Shown here one piece after another: positions 33,151 through 42,236 of a stretch of 44,754 nt of DNA. The position numbers and the translations under genes are program-made. The number at the start of each line of letters is the position of its first letter. Position 1 is the first letter of the stretch. The stretch is from an uncultured Acidobacteriaceae bacterium (GTDB lineage: Bacteria > Acidobacteriota > Terriglobia > Terriglobales > Acidobacteriaceae). A model generated the notes under the pieces. The model was not told where the DNA came from, did no database searches, and saw only the letters and a program-made list of their open reading frames with translations. Where the stretch lies: contig CAXSBW010000007.1 of the NCBI GenBank assembly GCA_964235795.1, forward strand, positions 12,173 through 56,926, read 5' to 3'.

Positions 33151-36100
33151 ATGCCAGATACGATCACGCTTGACCCGAGCGAGGTTGAGATTCAGCAGGC
33201 CCCTTCTTCTCCGAAGGGGCTTACGCTTGATCCGAGCGAAGTTGAGTTTGCCGCGCCACCCAAAGCTGCCGCGCCAGCGCTGCCGACACCTGCAAAGCCG
33301 GACATTTCAGGCCGAATCGACATGAACAAGGTGGCAGGCGCGGTACCAGGCATGGCCGCTCCGACTGGCGCACGCCCGCAAGTTGCGGTGCGCCCTCAAT
33401 CTTTTCTCGAAACAGCGGTACACCCACTCGACACAGACAGCTCCATCGCTGCGCAGGGCAAGCGGCTCGCCAGTTCGGGCCTGATCGAGGACACCACAGC
33501 CGCCCGCCTCCCCGGAACGCTTGCAGCGGGCCCGCGCCAAGTCGTGCAGGGTGCCAAAGACTACGCAGCCAGCGGGGCGCTTCAGGGCAGCTTATCGCTT
33601 CACCCGAAAGACCTGACTCCGCAACAGAAAGAGCAGGGCCTTGCCGGCGTCGGCGAGATGCTCGGCGGCACGATGCAGACGGGGGCGCTGATGGGCGCGC
33701 CGGAGATGGTCGAATTGGGACGCTTGGCCGACAGCGGCAGCCTTGCGGCCAAAATCGGGCTGCTGAAGCTGGTGGGCGGTCTTGAGGCCGGCAATCTTTC
33801 AGCGGACGCGGCGGACGCGGCGTCGAAGAAGTTGGGCCTTTCCCCGGCCACCTCTAACCTTCTCCAGACGGCGGCGTTCTTCTTGCCGGGCTTTCTGGGG
33901 TTTATGGGCTCGCGCTCCGGGCTGGTGGATGGGGTGCAAGCACAAGTCGGAGACGCGCAGGCATTCGGGTTTTCTGTGCCCGGGGTAAAGTTCGGCACCG
34001 CGCAGGGCCCGCAGGGAACCCTTAGCAAGCTCAAGGTCGGCAGCCGCGAGTTTACCTATCAGCGCGACGCCGCCTCTCCCGCGCCGCCCGCCGCGCCAAG
34101 CGCCCCGCAGCTCGTGGGCCAGCAGGCCGTTCAGGGCGCGATCGCCACCATGACGCGGTATCAAGGGCAGAAAGCAGCGGCGCAGCAGGCTGTCGCGGGG
34201 GTGCCGCCACCGGAGCCCGCGCCGCCGCCGATGCCGGTTGGCATGGAAAAAGGTTGGCTGCCGCAGGGGGTGGTGCAGAACGTTGCTTCCATGATTCAGG
34301 CGACCCCGCCCGAGATGCAACCGCAGATGATGATGCAGGCGCACGACAAGCTGGCCGAATGGATGACGCAGCAGGGCCGGTTCATCGGACCCGACGGCAA
34401 GCTTCAGGTGGTCGAAGACCCGAAGCAGGCGGCCAAGCTGGCACAGCAGATTGTCAATGACGCGGTCGACAACCATATCGCGCGGACGAAGCATGCGGCG
34501 GCGCAGCAGCAGAGCGCCGCAACCCCGCCGCTGACTGTCGCCGATCTGCTGACCAAGCGCCCTGCGGTGGTGGGCAAGCGTCCCGCGGTGGTACAGGTAG
34601 CCGCCGACCGTGCCGCCACCCTGATCGATGCACACCAGGACCTCGCCCCAGCGCAAAAGGCCGACCTACTCACAAGCCGCCTCGGGATGGACCCTGTGCA
34701 GGCGCAGCAGACGGTGCAGGCGCAGCAGCAGGCGAACCCTCCCGTTGTCACGCCCGAGGCGAGAGCCACGGTCGATGCGCAACTGGAATCGCTCAAATCC
34801 GGGGGCATCCCCGCCGTGATGATTCCCGAGTCAAGCACCTACAACCCCGTCGTGCCGGGCGGCATGAAGCGGATCACGGTCTCCGGCGACAAGCCGGGCG
34901 CGGGCACCTACATTTACAACCCCGCCAAAGTACAGGCGCGCACGATCAAGGAAGCGGCAGCGAACGGGACACACGGCGACCTGTTGGGCCATTTGCAGCC
35001 GAAGGAGGAAGTAATTGCCGCTCCGCAAGCGGTCGGGCTCCAGGCGCGCGCCGCCGACGGTACGCCGATCCAGGACAGCGTATCGACGCCGGAGCGCGCG
35101 GCGGAGCAAGCGCAGGAGCTGCAAGCACGGCACGAGGCGGCCCACCCCGGCATGACGGTGGAGGCGCGCGACCCTCGGGAGGTGGTCGTCGAGCGGGAGC
35201 AAGCAGTCGAGCAAGACCGGCGTCAGGAACAGGCGGCGCTTGACGGAAACGGTGACGGCATCGACACATCCTCCGAACGTGTCGAAAATGTGGGGAAAAA
35301 TCGACAGGTTGCGGCGCTTGACCCGAGCGAGGTGGAGATTGCGCCGCCGTCGCTGACGGCGCAGGGTCTCGAAGCGGGCAAAGCTGCTTCGGCGAAAACT
35401 ATTGCCGGCTTCGCCGACAAGCCAGTCGAGGAGCAGGACCGCCTCGAAGGTGACAACATGCGGAGGAACAGCGAGCAGATGGATACAGCCGTTCGCAGCC
35501 TCCATGAGCTGTTCGGGCCGGAAGTAGGGCGGGAGCTTGCCACGTCAAGCCCCGCAACGCTCGAAGCCTACGAGAGGATGTTTGGCCCAGAAATCGCATC
35601 AGAGGAGAGTAGCCATGGTGGTAGTCAGTCCAGAGCGGATTCGGAGGGCGCAAGAGGATTATCTGCGCCTGACGCCGGAAGAGAAGGAGAAGTTTCTTAT
35701 CCTGCTGCAAGTGACAGCGGAGACAGGCAAGGCTCCGGACATGAGGCCGCACTTCGCCCCGAAAGCGCTGAAAGCGCTGGAGAACCCCGAGGGAATGACC
35801 GAGTAGCGGTCGATCAGCTTGCCAAGGGCGATTCAATTCACTTCCGCGACCGCGCCGGAGTGAAGCGAACTGGCCGGGTATCGTTCACGGATGGGCGCAA
35901 CCTCCGCGCCAAGGACGAGAGCGGGCGCAACTACGACCTGAACCGCGACGACGTTTTGGGACATATTCAGAGCAAGCGCGAGATCGAGCAGGCTCCTTCG
36001 ACCGTCACCGTACAGGCAAGCAGGCCGGACGGTACACCCATCCAGGATTCCGAAATGGACGCGGCCAGGCCCGACACGTCGCTCCAACCTGTCGAAGGCG

Positions 36101-39100
36101 CCGACCGATCCGACCTTGAGGGCCTAAAGCCGATCACCAAAACCCTGGACGCAAAAGAACAGCGAACCAGGGAGACAAGAGCGCATCTAGTCGACCCTAA
36201 CGTTCTCATTTTCAGGGAGCATGAACAGCCCCTTTTGGATAAGGCAAGAGAGCGTTTTCCCGACGGGGAATACTGGCCCATAACGGTGATGCGCGAGCGC
36301 AATGGTGAATTGCATATCATCGACGGTCATCATCGCACTGTTGTGGCGATGGAGCGTGGCGATCAGTTGCCGGTTCTTGAGATTGCTAAAAGCCGGTATG
36401 AAGCCCTTAAAGAACAAGGGTTTGACGACATTGAGATCTCGGCAGGAATGCTTGCCAATGCAAACGAGGATTCCGCATGGTCCAGTATGCTGCAAAGTTT
36501 TTCGGGGTCGGACTTGGCAACAAAAAGCATCGCTGTACAAGACGCTCTCGATGAACTTCCTTACGATGCAGAATCCAAATCGACGTCCGAAATTGTAGCC
36601 GGCGATGCCGAAAAAGCCGAAGCAAAGCTCAAGCAGCACAAAGGCGAACACGAAGCCCGAGGAAAGCGGGCGCGCGATCTAAGCTCTCTCTTTCAGCGTC
36701 CTGTTTTGGAAAACCGCCCACTTGCCATAACCGGCCTAAATAGCTATCGACACATGGGAGTATATGGAAGCCATGTGATGATCGGGGCAAAAAGCCATGC
36801 GGATGCGCTGGCGGAGGCTGCGAGAAACATAAGTTCTAAGCCTGAAATGTCTAAATTGGAGATATGGAACGGGTCTGAATATGTTTCTGCTACAGAGACC
36901 AACGATCCAGCCACCAGCAGCCATCCAGCCAAACAGTCTCGCAAGGGACGCGTAAATCCAAGCAAGCCTAGCCCCGACGAAATAACCTACCGCAATGCCG
37001 GTGTCAGCCTTTCGGATGTAACCAAGGCGATCCCTGAACCGGTGCGGGAGTTCTTTTCCGACATCGCCGAAAAGACGCACGAAGCGCGCGACCTGCAAGG
37101 TGGCCTGTACGACCTGGACTCCATGGCCGCTTCCGACGTGATTCGCGCCCAGCGCCTCATGCAAGAGACGCCCGGCAGCGCAGCGGATCAGGCCGCCATT
37201 TACCACCACATTGAGGATCCCAGCCTGCCACTCACCGCCGAACAGGAAAAGGTGCTGGAGCAGTATGTCGCGCCAATCCAGGCAGCAGCCAAGCAAATCC
37301 ACCAGCGGTTGGTGGACAGCGGCGTTAACATCCCGAGCGCCGGGGATGAGAACTACATCCGGCGCATCGTGAAAGGGAAAGGGTCCGCGCTTGACCGCGC
37401 GATGGCGGAGCGCGAAGGAAAGACGCCGCGCGTGAGCTCGCCGGGCGGCAGAAACAATCTCTCTACCAAGCAGCCGGGCGCGGTGAAGCGCCGAACCATG
37501 ATGGCGCTGGAATCAGATGCGGGCGAGCGCCGCGTCATTTCGATCAAAGGTGGCAGGGTCACCGCCTGGGAGAATGGCAAGCCGACCGACATGGGGGCGC
37601 ATAAATCCGGCTTCACCACTCGCCTGGAGCAAATCGACCCCGGCCTGGAGAAAGCAGCGGATCGCATCCTTGACGCCAAGAAGGCGTTGGCCGACCTGCC
37701 GGAGCAGGACAAGCAGCGGCGGATCGCTAGCATTGACGAGCAGATTGCCACACGTGAACGCGACCGAAAGGTGCTGGAGAAAGGAGCGACCAACTCGCTC
37801 GATCCGGCGGGCGCTGCGAGCTACAGTAAGCGCCAATCCCTGAGCAAAGAGATTGCCGATCTGCAACGCAGCCGCGCGGCACTGGTGAGCGGCAGGGAGC
37901 CGATGTCTGTCTCCGGGCTCAAGCGCAAAGAGACATTGCAGAAAGCCTTGGACCAGGCCACCGCTGACCGAAACGAACTGCTGGACCGGGTGCCTACCAG
38001 CAAGATGCAAGATGTGGTCTGGGAGGACAGGGACGGTAACTCTTGGACAATCAAACAGGCAACCACAAAGGAGATCACCGCCAATACGGACTTGGAATAC
38101 CACGAAAACGCGCTCGTATCGACGGTCACAAGCTACCTCGAAATGCGCAAGTACGAGCGGGCGCTCGACTTCCTGGAAGCGTTCAAAACAAAGCCGACGT
38201 TCTCGAAAATCGGGATGAAGCCGGAAGGTCCGGGCGAGCTCGCGCCGGACGGCTGGCTGCCGACGACGCTGCCCCAGTTCCGCGGATACTACTTTGAGCC
38301 GCGCACCGCCGAGGTGCTGGACTGGTACAACGAACGGCTACAGGCCGGCGAACCGGATGTATTGCAGAAGGCGAATAGCTTCTTGACCTCGTCGCTGTTC
38401 TTCAATCCCTTCGTCCACCTACCCAACCTTTTGTTCCATTGGACGACAGAGAAGGGCGTTACCGGCTGGGCAAATCTGGCGCTCAAGCGCGGGCAGTACC
38501 GGGCCACCATCAAGGCCATCAACGCGGTTCTGCATCGCAACGACGACTTCCTGGCGGTGCTTGACGCCGGCGGTCCGATGCAGTCGCAGCGCGAAGAGAC
38601 GAAGCATTACTCGGACATCCTCTTGAGCAAGCTGACCGACGAGATGGCAGCCGACAAGACGACACGGGAGAAAGTGGCGTCTGCGCTCGGGTACGCCAAC
38701 CCGCTCAAGATGCTTGACGCAATGAAGGAGGTGTCCGGCAAGATCACTTGGTATGCCAACGACATCATGTTCCTGCAAGCAGCCTATGAAAAGACCGCAA
38801 AGGGAATGGACCTGAAAGCTGCCCTGAACGAAACGGCCAAGCACGTCCCCGATTACCGGCTGCCGACCCGCGTACTCGATTCCAAGTTGCTGGGTGACGT
38901 GATGCGCAATCCGCTGCTCACCGCCTTTTCGAGCTACCACTACGGTGCCCTCAAAAGCTACGGCAAGATGGCGCAGTCGGCCACCGGCGCAGGCTGGGAG
39001 CCGCAAGGAGAGAACGCCAAAGGCGAGGCCGTCAATGAGGCTGGGCGAACAGATCAGGGTGAAAAGTTTCATGCCCTCGACGTGATGGCGGCCCTCGGCC

Positions 39101-39843
39101 TTATGACAGTGGTCATCTTGCCCTTGGTCGACAAGCTGCTTAAGAAGGCCACCGGGGACCCCGATGCGGAGTTTCGACGCGCCGGAGCGACAACCATTCC
39201 TTACGACGTGATGCTCATGGCCAAAGGAGAGAAAACGCCGTCCGAGATCGCGCAGTCGATCCTCACGCCCGGTGTTGGCCTCAAGGCCGCCATGGAGCTG
39301 GGCTTCAATCGCGACATCCGCACCGGTCGCCACATCTACAACGCGGGCGACAGCGCGCGGGATATTGCCGAAGAAGTTGGCACGCGCCTACTTTCCTCCT
39401 TTGGCCCCGGCAGTGAGATACAACGCGCCGGGCGTAGCGGCACGAAGAAGGAATTGCTTGGACTGGTTGGCGTCGGCTTCCATAAACACGGCGCGCTGAA
39501 GATTGCGAGCTTGATCGCTTCCGAGAAGGCCGGGGCCGACGCGATGACGCCGGAGGACGCCAAGCGGTACCGGGCGCACATGGACGCGGTGGACGCCGTG
39601 CGTGGGGGCAACCTGCAAGCGGCGCAGCAGATTCTTGCCAAGGCCGGAACACCGCCGGAGGAGCGCCGCAAAATCCTCCGCGCCGCGCTGGGTGATCCGC
39701 TACTGGCGAAGGTGCGGAGCTTCAGCGTCCCGGAGATGAAGCGCGTGATGCAAGCGGCCACACCGGCGGAGCGGGCCAGGTTGGAGCCGTTGTTGCGCGG
39801 GAAAGAGCGGCGCGCGCGGGAGGCGGGTAAGGCCGGAATGTGA
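33151..39843 (+). CDS. Giant internal virion/ejection (polyvalent-type) protein with ParB-like insert
   Basis: About 2230 aa, last of the ejection trio. PITV...HIIDGHHR motif. C-terminal helical region with ELGFNRDIRTGRHIY. Confidence 0.75.
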   Translation: MPDTITLDPSEVEIQQAPSSPKGLTLDPSEVEFAAPPKAAAPALPTPAKPDISGRIDMNKVAGAVPGMAAPTGARPQVAVRPQSFLETAVHPLDTDSSIAAQGKRLASSGLIEDTTAARLPGTLAAGPRQVVQGAKDYAASGALQGSLSLHPKDLTPQQKEQGLAGVGEMLGGTMQTGALMGAPEMVELGRLADSGSLAAKIGLLKLVGGLEAGNLSADAADAASKKLGLSPATSNLLQTAAFFLPGFLGFMGSRSGLVDGVQAQVGDAQAFGFSVPGVKFGTAQGPQGTLSKLKVGSREFTYQRDAASPAPPAAPSAPQLVGQQAVQGAIATMTRYQGQKAAAQQAVAGVPPPEPAPPPMPVGMEKGWLPQGVVQNVASMIQATPPEMQPQMMMQAHDKLAEWMTQQGRFIGPDGKLQVVEDPKQAAKLAQQIVNDAVDNHIARTKHAAAQQQSAATPPLTVADLLTKRPAVVGKRPAVVQVAADRAATLIDAHQDLAPAQKADLLTSRLGMDPVQAQQTVQAQQQANPPVVTPEARATVDAQLESLKSGGIPAVMIPESSTYNPVVPGGMKRITVSGDKPGAGTYIYNPAKVQARTIKEAAANGTHGDLLGHLQPKEEVIAAPQAVGLQARAADGTPIQDSVSTPERAAEQAQELQARHEAAHPGMTVEARDPREVVVEREQAVEQDRRQEQAALDGNGDGIDTSSERVENVGKNRQVAALDPSEVEIAPPSLTAQGLEAGKAASAKTIAGFADKPVEEQDRLEGDNMRRNSEQMDTAVRSLHELFGPEVGRELATSSPATLEAYERMFGPEIASEESSHGGSQSRADSEGARGLSAPDAGREGEVSYPAASDSGDRQGSGHEAALRPESAESAGEPRGNDRVAVDQLAKGDSIHFRDRAGVKRTGRVSFTDGRNLRAKDESGRNYDLNRDDVLGHIQSKREIEQAPSTVTVQASRPDGTPIQDSEMDAARPDTSLQPVEGADRSDLEGLKPITKTLDAKEQRTRETRAHLVDPNVLIFREHEQPLLDKARERFPDGEYWPITVMRERNGELHIIDGHHRTVVAMERGDQLPVLEIAKSRYEALKEQGFDDIEISAGMLANANEDSAWSSMLQSFSGSDLATKSIAVQDALDELPYDAESKSTSEIVAGDAEKAEAKLKQHKGEHEARGKRARDLSSLFQRPVLENRPLAITGLNSYRHMGVYGSHVMIGAKSHADALAEAARNISSKPEMSKLEIWNGSEYVSATETNDPATSSHPAKQSRKGRVNPSKPSPDEITYRNAGVSLSDVTKAIPEPVREFFSDIAEKTHEARDLQGGLYDLDSMAASDVIRAQRLMQETPGSAADQAAIYHHIEDPSLPLTAEQEKVLEQYVAPIQAAAKQIHQRLVDSGVNIPSAGDENYIRRIVKGKGSALDRAMAEREGKTPRVSSPGGRNNLSTKQPGAVKRRTMMALESDAGERRVISIKGGRVTAWENGKPTDMGAHKSGFTTRLEQIDPGLEKAADRILDAKKALADLPEQDKQRRIASIDEQIATRERDRKVLEKGATNSLDPAGAASYSKRQSLSKEIADLQRSRAALVSGREPMSVSGLKRKETLQKALDQATADRNELLDRVPTSKMQDVVWEDRDGNSWTIKQATTKEITANTDLEYHENALVSTVTSYLEMRKYERALDFLEAFKTKPTFSKIGMKPEGPGELAPDGWLPTTLPQFRGYYFEPRTAEVLDWYNERLQAGEPDVLQKANSFLTSSLFFNPFVHLPNLLFHWTTEKGVTGWANLALKRGQYRATIKAINAVLHRNDDFLAVLDAGGPMQSQREETKHYSDILLSKLTDEMAADKTTREKVASALGYANPLKMLDAMKEVSGKITWYANDIMFLQAAYEKTAKGMDLKAALNETAKHVPDYRLPTRVLDSKLLGDVMRNPLLTAFSSYHYGALKSYGKMAQSATGAGWEPQGENAKGEAVNEAGRTDQGEKFHALDVMAALGLMTVVILPLVDKLLKKATGDPDAEFRRAGATTIPYDVMLMAKGEKTPSEIAQSILTPGVGLKAAMELGFNRDIRTGRHIYNAGDSARDIAEEVGTRLLSSFGPGSEIQRAGRSGTKKELLGLVGVGFHKHGALKIASLIASEKAGADAMTPEDAKRYRAHMDAVDAVRGGNLQAAQQILAKAGTPPEERRKILRAALGDPLLAKVRSFSVPEMKRVMQAATPAERARLEPLLRGKERRAREAGKAGM
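35615..35806 (+). CDS. Candidate overprinted 63-aa protein inside the giant ejection gene
   Basis: GAGGAG 7 nt before ATG. Helical RIRRAQEDYLRLTPEEKEKFLILLQ, while the main frame here is low-complexity S/G/E/R. Confidence 0.5.
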   Translation: MVVVSPERIRRAQEDYLRLTPEEKEKFLILLQVTAETGKAPDMRPHFAPKALKALENPEGMTE

Positions 39844-39844
39844 G

Positions 39845-39852
39845 AAATGGTA
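39845..39852 (+). promoter_or_regulatory. WAATGSTA copy 9
   Basis: AAATGGTA just after stop 39843 and before TerS. Confidence 0.55.
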
Positions 39853-39874
39853 TTCCTGTGAGCCGGAGAGTTCT

Positions 39875-40384
39875 ATGAAAACCACCAAGCCGCGTTCCAA
39901 CACGAAGCCTCCCATCAAAAAAGCCAAGCAGCCCATCACTGAATTGGAGATGACGTTCTGCCATTTGTGCATGTCGGGAGACGGCGGCAAGGGGATGTCG
40001 CAGGAAAAAGCTGCGGAAAAGCTCGGACTGCCGGCCAAAGACGGCCGCGTCATCGCCCAGCGACTCCAAGTGAAGGCGTACTTTGAGGAGTACCGGCGCA
40101 CGTTCATGATGGAGATGGCGCGCCAGGAAGCTACGCAAGTCCACAAGTTCGACGTGACGCGGGCAAATGCCGTCGCGTTGCTTTGGAAGCTCGCCAACAC
40201 CGCCCCGGAGCGGACCCGTGGATCGATCAATGGGCAGGTGGACGCTGTGGACAAGATCGGCGAGATGCTGGGCTTCAAGGTTAACCCTCGCGACTTCAAT
40301 GACGCGCTGGTAAGCCTGACAGAAGAGCAACTACTGCATGTTGCCGAGCACGGCAAGCTACCAGCCCAGAGCACAATACAGTAG
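39875..40384 (+). CDS. terS: Terminase small subunit
   Basis: ELEMTFC...QEKAAEKLG HTH-like segment, VTRANAVALLWKLA, immediately before TerL. Confidence 0.7.
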   Translation: MKTTKPRSNTKPPIKKAKQPITELEMTFCHLCMSGDGGKGMSQEKAAEKLGLPAKDGRVIAQRLQVKAYFEEYRRTFMMEMARQEATQVHKFDVTRANAVALLWKLANTAPERTRGSINGQVDAVDKIGEMLGFKVNPRDFNDALVSLTEEQLLHVAEHGKLPAQSTIQ

Positions 40385-40387
40385 CGC

Positions 40388-41128
40388 ATGAGCGAGTCAG
40401 GCTCTCCATTTATCTACCAAAACCTACAGGTGCGCGCCCTCGCCCGCCTGCGCCTTCAGGGCCTGCGGGAAGAACGAGCGCAACAGCGAAAGGCCGACAC
40501 TCAGGAGGCCCGCGAAGAGCGGGCGCGCGTGCGGGAGGCGACAAAGAACACGGTGACATGGCTCCAGGGGTACACGAAGACCTTCAACCCGCAATGGTTC
40601 GAGGATGGGCGAGACAGCCCCCATGAGCCCTTTCCAGATTGGGGATTCTTTGCCCCAACTCTGGAAATTATGGAGCGCGAGCCAATCGTAGCAATCGAAA
40701 AATCCCGCTCCATGATGGTGAGCTGGCTGACTGTCGGATACTTCACGATGCAGGCCATGATGCACCCCGAGCGTCAGATTGTTTTCCAGACGATGAAGGA
40801 AGCGGATGCGTACGTCCTCCTGGACTATGCCAAAACGCTGTACGACTCGCAGCCGGACTGGCTGAAGCAACACTTCCCGCTCAGAAAGGCGCTCTCCGCA
40901 CAATCCAAAGGAGAGCTGCTGTTCGACCATGGAGGCAAGGTTTTTGCCGTAGCGGGCGGTCGCGACAAAGTGCGAAGCAAGCATCCCTGGGGGTACTTTT
41001 CCGACGAGGCAGGCTTTCAGCCCGAGGGCATGCAGTGTCTTGATGAGGCTCTCGGAGCAAAATGCAAAAAGGTGGTGCTGGTCAGCACGGCTGCGCCGGG
41101 ATGGTACAGCGAATGGAGGAAAGCGTGA
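40388..41128 (+). CDS. terL: Terminase large subunit, N-terminal ATPase part
   Basis: Walker A-like IEKSRSMMVSW, Walker B YFSDEAGF, motif III VVLVSTAAPG. Confidence 0.8.
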   Translation: MSESGSPFIYQNLQVRALARLRLQGLREERAQQRKADTQEAREERARVREATKNTVTWLQGYTKTFNPQWFEDGRDSPHEPFPDWGFFAPTLEIMEREPIVAIEKSRSMMVSWLTVGYFTMQAMMHPERQIVFQTMKEADAYVLLDYAKTLYDSQPDWLKQHFPLRKALSAQSKGELLFDHGGKVFAVAGGRDKVRSKHPWGYFSDEAGFQPEGMQCLDEALGAKCKKVVLVSTAAPGWYSEWRKA

Positions 41129-42183
41129 AGAGTATAGACGAGGTGTTCGAGGAGCTGGACGACCTTCCCCCGCAAACCTACGCCGAAATCATGCGCGGCC
41201 TGTCCGTCAAGCGCAAGGATAGCGGGATCCCCGTGGTGCGGATTCACTACACTGCCATCCCCGAGCGCGACACGCCGGAATGGAAAGAGAAAGAGCAAAA
41301 GAAGTTCACCAAGTCCGGCTGGGATCGCGAGTGGGAAATCATCGACGAAGCCGGCGGCGGCGACCGCATCTTCGCCGACACCCTCACCACTTTCGAAAAC
41401 AAAATCATCATCCGCGACCCGCTTTGGTTTCCTGATCCCCAGTGGCAAGTTGTTGCCGGTTTCGACCATGGAACCCGAAACCCGACAGCGCTTCTCAAGG
41501 GGTACATCGACTTCGAGGGAACCATCTATCTGGCTGGCGAGTTCTACCAGATGCGCACCGACACCTACCCGAACGAGATATGGCAGAATGCGCCGCGAAT
41601 CCTTTCCATGCCAGACATTGGCCGGGCGCGGTGGGTCTCTGCCGACCCAAGCATCTTCTTTGACACGCAGGCCCAGTCGGACGGGGGCCAGTCTTCGATT
41701 GGTGCCATTTACCGGAAGCATGGGGTTCGATTCCTGAGCCCCTACGAGGGAGACCGCGGTGACGTCTCTAAGATCGCCAGGATTACCGAGCGCTGGGGAA
41801 ACCTGGCGGAAGAAGAGCCGAGACTTCGCATTGTTTGCCGCAACGAAAGCGACCGAATACAACCGGGGCTTCACGGCTTCGACTGCCCGAACTTGCTATG
41901 GGAGCTGCGCCGGATGCGGCTCAAAGAGATGACGGCCACGCAACTCCTTGTGCGGAACGCTTCAGAGCAGGCCGTAGACCGCGACAACCACTTGATCGAT
42001 GCGCTGTCCTACATCCTGGGACGGCTGCCGCGCCCCACGCCTGTGCCGCTCAGCGCAAAACTTGAACAAGTGGTCCACGGGCTTGATCCGTTCAGCGCAT
42101 CAATCGCCGCTCAGCGCTTCATCGCTCAACAGCGCCCGCAAAAGCCTATCGACATGCGCCACAAGGGGCGCATGCTGCGCTAG
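41125..42183 (+). CDS. terL: Terminase large subunit, C-terminal lid plus RNase H-like nuclease part
   Basis: GGAGGA (41115-41120) and GTG overlapping the upstream TGA. HY..IPE..W...WDREWE, GFDHG..NP, ADPS, DNHLIDALSY. Confidence 0.8.
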   Translation: MKSIDEVFEELDDLPPQTYAEIMRGLSVKRKDSGIPVVRIHYTAIPERDTPEWKEKEQKKFTKSGWDREWEIIDEAGGGDRIFADTLTTFENKIIIRDPLWFPDPQWQVVAGFDHGTRNPTALLKGYIDFEGTIYLAGEFYQMRTDTYPNEIWQNAPRILSMPDIGRARWVSADPSIFFDTQAQSDGGQSSIGAIYRKHGVRFLSPYEGDRGDVSKIARITERWGNLAEEEPRLRIVCRNESDRIQPGLHGFDCPNLLWELRRMRLKEMTATQLLVRNASEQAVDRDNHLIDALSYILGRLPRPTPVPLSAKLEQVVHGLDPFSASIAAQRFIAQQRPQKPIDMRHKGRMLR

Positions 42184-42186
42184 GGC

Positions 42187-42222
42187 AAAAGAAAACGGCC
42201 CCCGCCTTTCAGGGGGGCCGTT
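42187..42222 (-). terminator. Terminator between convergent transcription units
   Basis: 10-bp stem AACGGCCCCC/GGGGGCCGTT with a TTCTTTT tail on the - strand. Confidence 0.8.
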
Positions 42223-42236
42223 GTGAGCGTTGAGGA

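Noticed and set aside
29020-33167. Long minus-strand ORFs (29020-30381, 31707-33167 and similar elsewhere)
   Set aside because: Antisense shadows of GC-rich genes, with no motifs or RBS.
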